From: an uncultured Eubacteriales bacterium
Lineage (GTDB): Bacteria; Bacillota; Clostridia; Oscillospirales; CAG-382
Length of the DNA: 64,000 nt
Direction: 5' to 3'
Assembly: GCA_934446675.1 (NCBI GenBank)
Contig: CAKSEL010000003.1
Span: 151,318-215,317, forward strand
Of this stretch, positions 43,279 to 52,743 are shown piece after piece. Under the pieces are notes generated by a model, which saw nothing but the letters and a program-made list of their open reading frames with translations, did no database searches and was not told the origin of the DNA. Numbering within the stretch: position 1 is the stretch's first letter; every line of letters starts with the position of its first letter. The position numbers were made by a program, and so were the translations under genes.

Positions 43279-44421
43279 ATGGCAAAAGCACCGTACAGAG
43301 AAAAACCGGCGGATATTCATGCCGGAAACGTCGCTTTGCTCAAAGACAGAATAAAGAATAAAAATCTCGCCGGGACATATGTGTTTTACGGCGATGAGGA
43401 ATATACAAAAAATCATTATTATTCTCTAATGGGCGGCGAGGCAGGCAACAGAATGCTGAATGTAAAGACGGTGTATGAGGGAGAGTTTGAGCTTTCGGAT
43501 TTTATGGAATCCTACGACACTGACGCCGCCGAAACCACGGATATGTTCAGCATGGAAGAAAATACGCAGGACAGCGAAGAGCAAAACGGAGGATTTCGCG
43601 TAATAAGGCTGGTAAAGCCCGATCTTTCGTCGCTTTCAAAGGCCGACGCAGACTTTCTTGCCGACGCTCTTTCGGACAGCGAAAATAAAAACGCCGTTGT
43701 TTTCTGGTTTTATTCGGGAGATGAGCCGGATCTGTCAAAAGGCGTGTATAAACGCATATGCGAAAACGCGCTGGTGGTGAATTTTAAGCGCGAGCCTGTC
43801 GGAAGCGCCGTTCTTATAACGTGGATACTGCGGCACTTTTCGAGAGCAAAGCTCAATGTCGAAAGAAGCGTTGCGGTATATCTGTGCAGCACCGTCGGAA
43901 ACGACATGACCATGCTGAAAAACGAAATAGACAAGTGTATAGACTGGCTTTACTACAATAAACGCGACACTCTTACCAACGCCGACATAGATTTTATATG
44001 CATAAAGAGCGCCGAGGCGCAGATATTCGACGTTTCAAATTTTGCTTTCCGCGGCAATTTCATAAAGGCAGCCGGCGCGCTCTCGGTGCTGCGTTCAAAG
44101 AATCATGATCCGTTTTCCGTCTTTGCAACGCTGTCAAATAAGGCGTCCGAGCTTGAAATGATAGAGCTTTGCGGCAAAAACGCGGTAAATCCTGCGGAAA
44201 TGTCAAAAAAAACCGGCATACATGAGTACGCCGTAAAGATGGATATGGAAATTTTAAGGCTGAGAGAATTTTCGGGCACAAACCTTTCAGACAGCTTTGC
44301 AAAAAGGTGCGTAAAGCTCTGTTCGGAATATGAGGATAAGCTAAAAACGTCGGGTGCGGACGGATATACCGTGCTTACCGAGCTTGCATGCAGAATTGCC
44401 TTTGCCGGGCGCGCGGATTAA
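43279..44421 (+). CDS. holA: DNA polymerase III delta subunit
   Basis: 380 aa. N-terminal YVFYGDEEYTKNHY is typical of HolA. The position directly after comEC matches many Firmicutes. Confidence 0.7.
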   Translation: MAKAPYREKPADIHAGNVALLKDRIKNKNLAGTYVFYGDEEYTKNHYYSLMGGEAGNRMLNVKTVYEGEFELSDFMESYDTDAAETTDMFSMEENTQDSEEQNGGFRVIRLVKPDLSSLSKADADFLADALSDSENKNAVVFWFYSGDEPDLSKGVYKRICENALVVNFKREPVGSAVLITWILRHFSRAKLNVERSVAVYLCSTVGNDMTMLKNEIDKCIDWLYYNKRDTLTNADIDFICIKSAEAQIFDVSNFAFRGNFIKAAGALSVLRSKNHDPFSVFATLSNKASELEMIELCGKNAVNPAEMSKKTGIHEYAVKMDMEILRLREFSGTNLSDSFAKRCVKLCSEYEDKLKTSGADGYTVLTELACRIAFAGRAD

Positions 44422-44436
44422 AAAACGGATTGTCAT

Positions 44437-45084
44437 TTATGACTTTTTCGCCGCGGCTATAAATATGCCCGTAACGCGCGCATCCGGATTGGCGCAAAAA
44501 AGCGCATCGGCACACGAAATAAAGGTGCTTGCGGACGTTATAACATCATCTAAAATGAGGATTTCCTTTGCGGAATCCTTTTTTGACGCCGTAATTTTGC
44601 CTTTCAGATTTTTTCTGCGCTCGTCAAAGTCGAGTTCTTTCTGTTCTTTTGTAAATCCACGCCTTGAAAGCAGTTTTGCGTAATCTATGTACGCAACCGA
44701 CTTTGCAAGCTGTTTTGAAACAAGCTTCATGTGGTCTGCGCCGTAAATTCTTGCGTTTTTCTTTCCTCTCGGCGCAAAGCACACCGTGTATGCGTTTTTT
44801 GGCAGAACCGGAATGAGATTTTCCGCAAGGTCACGTGCCGCAAACCTTACAAGCTCTTTTGTCGGACTTCTTTTCAGTGCAAACAAATATTTTTTCACCG
44901 TCGGATTGTCATACGGATAAAGGCTGTACGCGTTGTATGTGCGCATATCTCCCCGTACCGCGGCTGCCGACGGATTTTTTGCCTTTGCGAGAGATGCGCG
45001 GCATACCGGACACACGTCAAACCCGGTTTGCTTTCTTTTACAAACGGGGCATCTGTTTACAAAGAGAAACTCCGAGAGAACCAT
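44437..45084 (-). CDS. comFC: ComF family protein (phosphoribosyltransferase-like)
   Basis: N-terminal CPVC..CPVC zinc-finger-like motif. C-terminal PRTase motif ILILDDVITSASTF. Confidence 0.8.
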   Translation of the reverse strand: MVLSEFLFVNRCPVCKRKQTGFDVCPVCRASLAKAKNPSAAAVRGDMRTYNAYSLYPYDNPTVKKYLFALKRSPTKELVRFAARDLAENLIPVLPKNAYTVCFAPRGKKNARIYGADHMKLVSKQLAKSVAYIDYAKLLSRRGFTKEQKELDFDERRKNLKGKITASKKDSAKEILILDDVITSASTFISCADALFCANPDARVTGIFIAAAKKS

Positions 45085-45090
45085 AGCGTT

Positions 45091-45705
45091 TTAATAATAT
45101 CTTATGTCGGCAACGACCTTGCCGAGAACCGAAACCTCGTCTGCGTATATCGGCTGCATTTCGCTGTTTTCGGGCTGAAGCCTGTATCTGCCGTTTTCCT
45201 TGAAGAAACGCTTGACGGTTGCCTCGTCGTCTATCATTGCTACGACTATTTCGCCGTTGTCCGCGTATTCGCGCTTTTCGACTACAACTATGTCGCCGTT
45301 GAGTATACCTATGTCTTTCATGCTGTCGCCTTTTACGTGCAGTGCAAACAGAAGATCCGGCTGATATTTCTTTTCGGAGGAAAAGCCTATGTATCCGTCA
45401 AAGTTCTGAGCCGTAAGTATAGGCGTTCCTGCCGCAACCTGACCTATTACAGGCACGTTGTAGCTGTTGCCCTCCGACTTTTTGATCTCCTCGTTCTCGG
45501 CAAGTATCATGGTTCTGCTCTTGCCGTTTTCGCGGTTTATAAGTCCCTTTGACGCAAGGCGCTCGACGTACATATGCGCGGTTGACGTCGATTTTATGTT
45601 GAGATCCGCACATATTTCCCTTACCGACGGAGCATATCCCTGCGACGCGATCTTTTCTTTAAGGTAGTCGTAGACGCGCTGTTCCTTTGGTTTTAACTGT
45701 ATCAT
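45091..45705 (-). CDS. lexA: LexA repressor
   Basis: N-terminal winged HTH (QRVYDYLKEKIASQGYAPSVREICADL). Cleavage site VAAG. S24 peptidase motifs GDSM and the VVAMIDDEATVKRF region. Confidence 0.95.
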   Translation of the reverse strand: MIQLKPKEQRVYDYLKEKIASQGYAPSVREICADLNIKSTSTAHMYVERLASKGLINRENGKSRTMILAENEEIKKSEGNSYNVPVIGQVAAGTPILTAQNFDGYIGFSSEKKYQPDLLFALHVKGDSMKDIGILNGDIVVVEKREYADNGEIVVAMIDDEATVKRFFKENGRYRLQPENSEMQPIYADEVSVLGKVVADIRYY

Positions 45706-45746
45706 GTTTTTTACCTCGTGAGATTGGTATAATTGTCTGTTTTTAA

Positions 45747-45814
45747 GAACATATGTATGCTCTTATTTAATTGTATTATAGCAGACGTGTCGAAAAATGT
45801 CAAACAAAAGTTCT
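45747..45814 (-). promoter_or_regulatory. lexA promoter with two imperfect SOS (Cheo-type) boxes
   Basis: On the minus strand: TTGACA (45798-45803), 17 nt, TATAAT (45775-45780). GAACATATGTAT (45747-45758) lies downstream of the -10. AAACAAAAGTTC (45802-45813) overlaps the -35. Both deviate from GAAC-N4-GTTC by 1-2 positions. Confidence 0.5.
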
Positions 45815-45986
45815 AAATTTAACATATTGTTAATGTTACGTTTGCTATAAGTACACATAATTTTCGGAAAGGATAAAATAAAAAACTCAAAGTCCTGCGG
45901 CGGTTGGAAGGAAAATTTACCGCAGAACTCTGAGCCTTATGCTTATATAGAGATGTGTGTGAAATAAATTAAACGGTTAGTGTGAA

Positions 45987-46829
45987 TCAGCCTGCGAAGA
46001 ACTGAGACCAGTAGAGAGTCGAGCCGTTAGAGTGGCAGCCCACGCCGATCTTGGTAAAGGACGAATTGAGAATGTTTGCCCTGTGGCCCTCGGAATTCAT
46101 CCACGCGTTTACAACCTCGCTCGGGGACGACTGTCCCATGGCAATGTTCTCGCCTGCCGAAGAATAGGAATATCCTATTTCGTCAAGTGCGGTAAAGCAG
46201 CTTGAGCCATTGGGTCTTGTATGAGAGAAGCTCTGAGCCGTCTCTTTTGCTCTTACGGCGGCGGCGCGGTTAAGCTCCGAATCCATGGTAAGCGATGCAA
46301 GACCGTACTTGTTTCTCTCCTTGTTGACAAGATCAACTACCTGCTTTACGTATGCGTAGTTTTCAACGTTTCCCGAATCCGCGCCGTTATCGGTGCTGCC
46401 GTTTCCGGAGTTGTCCGGAGTTTCCGGAACATCGGGAGTTTCGGGTGTGCCGGGTGTTTCAGGTTCGTCGGGCGTATCGGGAGTGTCCGGAGTTTCCGGC
46501 TTGTCGGAGCTGTCAGGAGTGTCTGACGGAGTGCAGGAGCCTGAGAAAATATTGTCGGAAAGACCGTATTTTTCCTTGAGCCAGTTTTCAAGCACCGATA
46601 TGTTCTGTCCGGTTATTTCAACCTTTTTGCCGGAGAATATGTCCGAGATAAGGTCGCCGGAAATTTCCGTGCAGGTCAGATCCCCGCATTTTTCCGCGAG
46701 ATCTTCAAGAACCTCACAGTTTTGATTTTTCACACAGTCGGAGATGTCGTCGTTTGCGCACGCCGCATATGCACTTACAGGAAGCGCTGCCAGCAATGCC
46801 GCAAAAATGATAGCGATTTGCTTTTTCAT
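45987..46829 (-). CDS. Secreted CAP/SCP (YkwD-like) domain protein with Pro/Thr/Asp-rich linker
   Basis: The track ORF 45987-46910 is trimmed to the ATG at 46829 (RBS GGAAGGGGG; signal peptide MKKQIAIIFAALLAALPVSAYA). The CAP domain reads VNKERNKYGL..AAVRAKE..HTRPNG..GENIAMG..WMNSEGHRANIL. Confidence 0.8.
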   Translation of the reverse strand: MKKQIAIIFAALLAALPVSAYAACANDDISDCVKNQNCEVLEDLAEKCGDLTCTEISGDLISDIFSGKKVEITGQNISVLENWLKEKYGLSDNIFSGSCTPSDTPDSSDKPETPDTPDTPDEPETPGTPETPDVPETPDNSGNGSTDNGADSGNVENYAYVKQVVDLVNKERNKYGLASLTMDSELNRAAAVRAKETAQSFSHTRPNGSSCFTALDEIGYSYSSAGENIAMGQSSPSEVVNAWMNSEGHRANILNSSFTKIGVGCHSNGSTLYWSQFFAG

Positions 46830-47049
46830 AATTATTTCCCCCTTCCGGAAATAATTGTACCTCGCCAAACGCTCAATTTCAATGCAAAGGATCTTCCATA
46901 CTTTCCGCATATATGTATATGTGCCGTTATATGGAAAATAAACATAAAAAAACCGCCCCGAATTATGGAAATCCGGGACGTAAACGCATTTTTTTGCAGT
47001 TTTTCGTACTGTTTGCCGTAAATTTACATCGACGGCAAATTAAGGATTA

Positions 47050-47145
47050 TCAGCCGCAGAAGCAGCAGAGGATTATGATAGCTATAAGAATGATAAGCCA
47101 GATGTTGTTATCGTCTGAGAAAACATTGCTCAAGCAGCAGCTCAT
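47050..47145 (-). CDS. Unannotated 31-aa Cys-rich hydrophobic peptide (YjcZ-like small sporulation-type protein?)
   Basis: Below the track length cutoff. RBS AAGGAGGA lies 7 nt upstream of the ATG at 47145. The peptide is MSCCLSNVFSDDNNIWLIILIAIIILCCFCG. Confidence 0.4.
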   Translation of the reverse strand: MSCCLSNVFSDDNNIWLIILIAIIILCCFCG

Positions 47146-47314
47146 GTCAGCGTCCTCCTTCCTTCGTAACTGAAAGCCGTCGTTTCTTCGGCTCTCTGCT
47201 ACATACTATGAAAAACGCGGGCTTTGTGTGAATGTCCGGCGCCGCCTTTCTTTTCACAACTTTCGGGATAAATTCATAGAATAGCAGTAAAAAGCTACGA
47301 AAGGAATGTATCTT

Positions 47315-48433
47315 ATGAGCTTTAATCAGTATTTCGGACGCATAAACTCTCCGGACGATAAAGGGCTGCACTGTTTTGCGGCTTCAAATACATATCTCGG
47401 ATTCAAGAGCTATTTCGGCGGTATTTTTTCACCCGATGAGCATAACCGTATATATATTTTAAAGGGAGGGCCGGGTGTCGGAAAGAGCACGCTTATGAAA
47501 CAGGCGGGAAGCCATGCGGAAAAGCTCGGACTTACGCCGGTATATTATCATTGTTCGTCAGATCCGTATTCTCTCGACGGTATCGTAATAAAGCAGACCG
47601 GGTGCGTAATCCTTGACGGAACGGCGCCGCACACAGTCGATCCGAGCGCTGCCGGAGTAAAAGAAATAATAATCAACATGGGAGAATGCTGGGATACGGG
47701 CGCGCTGTATAACAGCGGCAAGGAAATACTTTCACTGATAAAGCAGAAATCCTCTTGCTACTCTGCCGCGTACAAGTTTCTTTCGGCGCAGAAACAGATA
47801 AAGGACTGCCTTTGCGATATTTCGCGTTCGTGCCTGCTTTACGGAAAAGTGTGCGCGGACGTTGACAGAAAGGCGGCAAAGCTGTTCAGAAAATGCCCTC
47901 GTCCTTCGGACGTAAGAGTGCGCATAACGGCGGCAAATTCCTGCGACGGAGATGTAAGGTTCAGAACCTTTGAAAAGCTGTCGGACAGAATATACTTTAT
48001 AAAGGATCTGAGATATACGGGAGAAGTGTATATGAGAATGATGTATAACGCCGCAATCAAAAACGGCATAGAAACGGTTGTGAGCTACGACCCGACGGAT
48101 CCGGGAGAGATAGACGCTCTGTATTTTCCCGGAATTTCCGTCTGCTTTACGCCGTATGACGACGATTACTGTATTGAGCTTGAAAAGCGCGGCATAGGAT
48201 ATTCGGTAGTCAATATGCGCCGCTTTACCGATACAAAAGCCTTTTCGCTTAACCGTTCTTATTACCGCTTCGGAGAAAAGTGCGCTTCTCAGATGCACGC
48301 ACAGGCTCTTTCCTGTCTTAACGACGCAGGGCTTATTCACCGCAAAATAGAAAAGCTCTACGCGCCGGCGACCGATTATACAAAAGTTTCGGCAATGACG
48401 GAGTCGCTTATGCAGAGAATATTCGATAAATAA
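47315..48433 (+). CDS. P-loop NTPase of unknown function
   Basis: The track ORF 47306-48433 is trimmed to the ATG at 47315 (RBS AAGGA 9 nt upstream). Walker A GGPGVGKST. No further family recognised. Confidence 0.6.
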   Translation: MSFNQYFGRINSPDDKGLHCFAASNTYLGFKSYFGGIFSPDEHNRIYILKGGPGVGKSTLMKQAGSHAEKLGLTPVYYHCSSDPYSLDGIVIKQTGCVILDGTAPHTVDPSAAGVKEIIINMGECWDTGALYNSGKEILSLIKQKSSCYSAAYKFLSAQKQIKDCLCDISRSCLLYGKVCADVDRKAAKLFRKCPRPSDVRVRITAANSCDGDVRFRTFEKLSDRIYFIKDLRYTGEVYMRMMYNAAIKNGIETVVSYDPTDPGEIDALYFPGISVCFTPYDDDYCIELEKRGIGYSVVNMRRFTDTKAFSLNRSYYRFGEKCASQMHAQALSCLNDAGLIHRKIEKLYAPATDYTKVSAMTESLMQRIFDK

Positions 48434-48471
48434 ATTTATATTTTTTGCCGCCGGACGCGTGTTTTTGACGT

Positions 48472-48882
48472 TTATCCGGCGGTATCTTCGTTTCGGTACA
48501 GCACGAGCAGTTTTTTGCGGCAGACAAACACGGCAAAACTCATGAGAACCCAGATAAAATAAAACTTCGGGCATATCTGTCCCATTATATTTAACGGAAG
48601 ATGAGAATAGTCCCATACTTCAAGCCCTAAAATAATGTTGAAAATGCAGCCGAAAACAAATTCCACCGCCGTTATTATAAGTCCTCCGTAAAGGCTGCGC
48701 AGATATATCGGGAGAGGCATATATTTTCTGTCCGCAAGCACAAGCCATACAAGGCATATTCCTCCTGCAAGCAGCATTGACCAGTGTGTTCTTCCGCGCA
48801 CAGCCGTTTCGCACAGCCCGTAGCCTGCCGAACCTATTGCAAATATGCCGGCAAAATGCGCGGCGTTTTTTACAAATCTCAT
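48472..48882 (-). CDS. Small polytopic membrane protein (resembles the so-called ABC-transporter type IV / DUF1113 family)
   Basis: 136 aa with about 4 TM helices. The family call is from memory of the WDYS-containing motif (VWDYSHLPLN). Confidence 0.5.
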   Translation of the reverse strand: MRFVKNAAHFAGIFAIGSAGYGLCETAVRGRTHWSMLLAGGICLVWLVLADRKYMPLPIYLRSLYGGLIITAVEFVFGCIFNIILGLEVWDYSHLPLNIMGQICPKFYFIWVLMSFAVFVCRKKLLVLYRNEDTAG

Positions 48883-48916
48883 TTTTTAAATTCCTTTTTA
48901 TGCGTTTATCCTTTTT

Positions 48917-49261
48917 TCAGTCTGCCGACGCGCTTATAGCCGAGCCTGTTATGTTGAAAACAAGCCTTGCACTGTCGGCACAGACTCTGACGACCGAAAA
49001 GAAAGCCTGTTTAAGGGCGTAAAGACCGCCTTTTCCGAAAATGTTTTCGTTGAAGTCAATCAGGCGTTCCGAGATGTTTAAGGCGTTTGCGTCTATGACA
49101 TATTCGTTGCCCATGACCGTAAAGCTGCCGTTTTCAAGATCAAACGCCGCGCCGTCCTGTGTCTTGTCGTAGTCGGATATGAGTATGACCGACGCAATCA
49201 CCGCAAGAGCAATTGCAAAGGCGCTGAAAAAGAGTGAAAAAGTGCCGAGTATTCTTTTCAT
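48917..49261 (-). CDS. Membrane-anchored hypothetical protein downstream of spoIIP
   Basis: 114 aa with one N-terminal TM helix. Same strand as spoIIP and 27 nt downstream of it. Confidence 0.5.
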   Translation of the reverse strand: MKRILGTFSLFFSAFAIALAVIASVILISDYDKTQDGAAFDLENGSFTVMGNEYVIDANALNISERLIDFNENIFGKGGLYALKQAFFSVVRVCADSARLVFNITGSAISASAD

Positions 49262-49288
49262 TTTTGATGTTCCTTTTTATAATAGGTT

Positions 49289-50722
49289 TTAATCCGCGTT
49301 TTTGAGAATTTCAGACGCAAATACCGTGCCGAAGGCTCTTACGGAACGCAGAGCCTCGTTGAGATTGTTTCCGCAGGTTCCGTCCTCAAGAAGAAGAAAG
49401 CCTGACGATAGCTGCTGGTTGAACGAAGGACTGCGCAGATTTGTCTGTCTGAAAAGTCCTGGATACATTTCCTCTGCCGCACTCTGAAGATTAAGCGCAA
49501 GACAGAGATTGTCCTGCCAGTCCGGGTGGTTTATGCCCGATTCGTTTGTGCCTACGACGAACATGAGCTGCGCGTACTTTTCGCCGCCTATGCTTATTGC
49601 GGGCTTGATTTTTGTGCTGCCGTCAATTATCGCGTCGCGGTGCAGGTCTATTACGAATTTTACCGACGGATATTTTTCGAGATATTCCTTTGCGCTTGAA
49701 AGAGAGGAGTTGTACGCTTTTATAAAAGACTTCTCGTCGTGGCGCACCGTGCAGTGAACCGCGTTTATTCCGAAGTCCGAAAGCACATCGCACAGTTCAT
49801 CTCCGACGCGGTTCATGTTAAGGCTGTCGTCGGAGCTGCGCGTCGGTTCCGTCGAAAGATAGCTGTCGGAGTCGCTCATGGAATAACATTCTGTTGCGTG
49901 GGTGTGAAGAATGAGAACGAGAGGTTCCCCGGAAAGCGAAAGATCTTCAAATGCTTTGGGCGTTTGCTTTAAAAGAGCGGCGGTGTCGGGCGTAAAATCC
50001 GTCTGGTTTGTAAGAGAAGTTATTTGCTTTGCCGACATATTCCGTTCGGCAATTGGGTAGTAAATTTCGCCGTCGGAGCCGGTCTTTCCGCTGTCGGACG
50101 AGTCTGCCGCCTGTACATCGGCTTTGCCGCCGTTCTGAAAAACAGCGCTGTCCTGTTCGTCCGTAATAAGACTGTCAGACGCTGCGGTAAAAGAGGAGTG
50201 TGCGCCGTCCGAGCCGTTTTCAGCCGCTTTTCCGGAGCCTTGCGAAAGAAATTTCGGCGTGTTTTCGGGGACGTATGTCTTTCCCGATATTTCAAAACTG
50301 CCGCCTGTTGTTTCATATCCGCCCTCACAGGGATAAACAATGCCGCAAAGCTTTATTACTGCGTCGCATATCTCTTTCGGAGCGTAAATACCTGCGAAAG
50401 CAAGATATATTATGCCCGAACAAAGGCAGAAACATACTGCGAAGGAAATAAAAAGTCCTGCGGCGCTGCGTTTTGGCTGCGCGCTTTTCTTTATCTCGCG
50501 CAGCTTTCTTCTGAGCCTGAATTTCGATACTCTGACCGGAATATACGGCGTTATGTTCTCTTTATCGTACTCCGAAAAAACCGGAATTTCCTTTGTTTTG
50601 TCAAAACTGCGCAGATCCTCGGGGGCGTTTATGCCGTTTGTTTTTTCGGCTGCGGCTGTGCCTGTCGAAAACGTAAATTTTGAACTCTGCGCGTTTTGTT
50701 GGTTTTTTCTGTTGTATATCAT
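49289..50722 (-). CDS. spoIIP: Stage II sporulation protein P
   Basis: The track ORF 49289-50815 is trimmed to the ATG at 50722 (RBS AGGTGGG). C-terminal SpoIIP amidase domain: LILHTHATECYS, VIDLHRDAI, MFVVGTNESGINHPDWQDNL. Confidence 0.85.
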   Translation of the reverse strand: MIYNRKNQQNAQSSKFTFSTGTAAAEKTNGINAPEDLRSFDKTKEIPVFSEYDKENITPYIPVRVSKFRLRRKLREIKKSAQPKRSAAGLFISFAVCFCLCSGIIYLAFAGIYAPKEICDAVIKLCGIVYPCEGGYETTGGSFEISGKTYVPENTPKFLSQGSGKAAENGSDGAHSSFTAASDSLITDEQDSAVFQNGGKADVQAADSSDSGKTGSDGEIYYPIAERNMSAKQITSLTNQTDFTPDTAALLKQTPKAFEDLSLSGEPLVLILHTHATECYSMSDSDSYLSTEPTRSSDDSLNMNRVGDELCDVLSDFGINAVHCTVRHDEKSFIKAYNSSLSSAKEYLEKYPSVKFVIDLHRDAIIDGSTKIKPAISIGGEKYAQLMFVVGTNESGINHPDWQDNLCLALNLQSAAEEMYPGLFRQTNLRSPSFNQQLSSGFLLLEDGTCGNNLNEALRSVRAFGTVFASEILKNAD

Positions 50723-50910
50723 GTCATGCCCACCTGCCTCATATAAGATTATGAGGAAAGGGGCGGATATAGAACGGCTGTGAGAATTGCAGTTTGTCTT
50801 TGTTCTTTTTTGCAAAAAAGTATGTCTGAGGAAAATCCGAATATGCTGTTGACAAAATACGGCGTTTGGAGTATTATTTAGAAAAAATTGACAAAAGCGA
50901 GGAAATTTAC

Positions 50911-52011
50911 GTGTTTGAAAAGCTTACCGAAACCATGGACGGTTTTATAGAAAACCTCGGCATACCGTTTTATGACTGCATTGTAATGAAAGACGGAAAA
51001 TGCGTGTACAGACACTCGAACGGCTGTACCGACACCGACAAAAAAACTCCCGTAACCGGAAAAGAGCTTTACGATATATATTCCTGCTCAAAGCTTATAA
51101 CCTGTACCGCGGCATTGCAGCTTTATGAAAGAGGAAAATTCGGTCTTGACGACTATCTTTATCTCTATATGCCGGAATTTGAAAACATGACGGTAAAAGA
51201 CGAAAACGGCAATGTTCGTCCGGCGCAGAATAAAATAACGGTACGCGAGCTTTTTACAATGACTGCCGGGTTCGGATATGATGTCGGTTCTCCTATGTTA
51301 AGACAGTGTTTAAAGGATACGGACGGAGAGTGCCCGACGCTTACGGTTATGGAATATCTTGCAAAGGAGCCGCTTTTGTTTGAACCGGGATACCGCTGGA
51401 ATTACAGCCTGTGCCACGACGTTCTTGCGGCGCTTGTTGAGAAAATCTCCGGAATGACGTTCGGCGAATATGTAAAAAAGAATATTTTTGACGTCTGCGA
51501 TATGGAAAACTCGTCGTTTTTGATTGATGAAAGCAATGCCGAAAGGCTTGTCTGCCATTACAGCTACAATAACCGGACGGGAAAAGTGGAGAAATGCCCG
51601 AAAAACGTGCATTTCAGAATAGGCACAAAATATGAGAGCGGCGGCGCGGGCTGCGTTTCGTGCGTTGACGATTACATTAAATTTCTCGAGGCGCTGCGCA
51701 CATATAAACTTCTCAAAAAAGAGACCGTTGATCTGCTCTCGACAAATCAGATGACAAAAGAGCAGATGGATATGCCGTCTTATTGGGTCGGGCTCAAACG
51801 CGGATACGGACTCGGTCAGCAGTGTCCTACAAAAACAAATAAAAGACCGGATTTCGGCTGGGGAGGCGCAGCCGGCTCGCATTACTTTGTAGATTGCCGC
51901 GACGGAATTACCGCGTTTTTCGCAACTCAGGTTTTAGGGTACGATAAACTGCAGAGCGCAAGAAGCGCCGTTACCGATATTGTGCTTGAGGCTTTCGGAG
52001 TTGAGTATTGA
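50911..52011 (+). CDS. Serine hydrolase (beta-lactamase/transpeptidase-like, class C-type fold)
   Basis: S-x-x-K motif in YDIYSCSKLIT. The start is uncertain: GTG at 50911 with RBS GAGGAA is preferred over the track TTG at 50866. Confidence 0.7.
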   Translation: MFEKLTETMDGFIENLGIPFYDCIVMKDGKCVYRHSNGCTDTDKKTPVTGKELYDIYSCSKLITCTAALQLYERGKFGLDDYLYLYMPEFENMTVKDENGNVRPAQNKITVRELFTMTAGFGYDVGSPMLRQCLKDTDGECPTLTVMEYLAKEPLLFEPGYRWNYSLCHDVLAALVEKISGMTFGEYVKKNIFDVCDMENSSFLIDESNAERLVCHYSYNNRTGKVEKCPKNVHFRIGTKYESGGAGCVSCVDDYIKFLEALRTYKLLKKETVDLLSTNQMTKEQMDMPSYWVGLKRGYGLGQQCPTKTNKRPDFGWGGAAGSHYFVDCRDGITAFFATQVLGYDKLQSARSAVTDIVLEAFGVEY

Positions 52012-52015
52012 TAAA

Positions 52016-52045
52016 TAAAAAGAAGCGGCGTAAAGCCGCTTTTTG
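52016..52045. terminator. Bidirectional intrinsic terminator between convergent genes
   Basis: AAAAAGAAGCGGC GTAA AGCCGCTTTTT: the stem is flanked by an A-run and a T-run. Confidence 0.75.
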
Positions 52046-52047
52046 CT

Positions 52048-52434
52048 TTAGCCTATGAACTCCTGACGTACGGGCGCCGGATCTTCAAGACCGAAACTTA
52101 CCGTTATGGCGTCGTTGACTTGTCCCATGACGTCCTCGTCGAGATGTCCCATTTTTTCCTTGAGCCGTTTTTTGTCAAGAGTCCGTATCTGTTCAAGAAG
52201 TATTACCGAATCTCTCGCAAGTCCGTACTTGTCTGCATACACTTCAATGTGGGTAGGAAGCTTGCTTTTGCCGATGCGGCTGGTTATGGCAGCCGCGATC
52301 ACCGTAGGGCTGTACTTGTTGCCTATGTCGTTCTGAACTATGAGAACGGGACGTATGCCGCCCTGTTCAGAGCCTATTACAGGACTTAGATCCGCGTAAT
52401 AAATGTCTCCTCTTCTGATGTTCACTTTGTTCAC
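52048..52434 (-). CDS. mazF: MazF/PemK-family endoribonuclease toxin
   Basis: Motifs [31 protein letters not shown] and [10 protein letters not shown]. The start is GTG at 52434 or, with better RBS spacing, GTG at 52425. Confidence 0.85.
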   Translation of the reverse strand: MNKVNIRRGDIYYADLSPVIGSEQGGIRPVLIVQNDIGNKYSPTVIAAAITSRIGKSKLPTHIEVYADKYGLARDSVILLEQIRTLDKKRLKEKMGHLDEDVMGQVNDAITVSFGLEDPAPVRQEFIG

Positions 52435-52708
52435 GCTCCGTGTTTTTATGTCGTTGGTTTGTTTTTACTTCCACGGCATTATTTTTTACCGGATTGCGGC
52501 GCGTTATTCCGCAGTGAAAATATATTTTTGCGATTTTTTTCAAAGCACCGGTTTGAGCCGCTCTTTTTTCGGACTGAAATGCGCGCCGTACTGTTATAAT
52601 ATTCCGTCAAAATGTATGCTGTGAGCAGGCGCGGACGTGGATTTGTTGCCCAAGTATGAATTTTTCGGTAATATTGACAAACACTAAAGTAATTTTTTGT
52701 GAATTCTA

Positions 52709-52737
52709 TTGACAAAGGTATTTGTGTGTGGTAACAT
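52709..52737 (+). promoter_or_regulatory. SigmaA-type promoter of the ilv T-box leader
   Basis: TTGACA (52709-52714), 17 nt, TAACAT (52732-52737). Confidence 0.6.
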
Positions 52738-52743
52738 ACGCTT

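Noticed and set aside
44731-45552. 273-aa plus-strand ORF overlapping comFC and lexA
   Set aside because: It is antisense to two genes with clear family motifs. Its composition is typical of a shadow frame (Arg/Cys/Val-rich), with no RBS.
47732-48616. 294-aa minus-strand ORF overlapping the P-loop NTPase gene
   Set aside because: It is antisense to an ORF that has a Walker A motif and a good RBS. It is Arg-rich with low-complexity composition and no motif.
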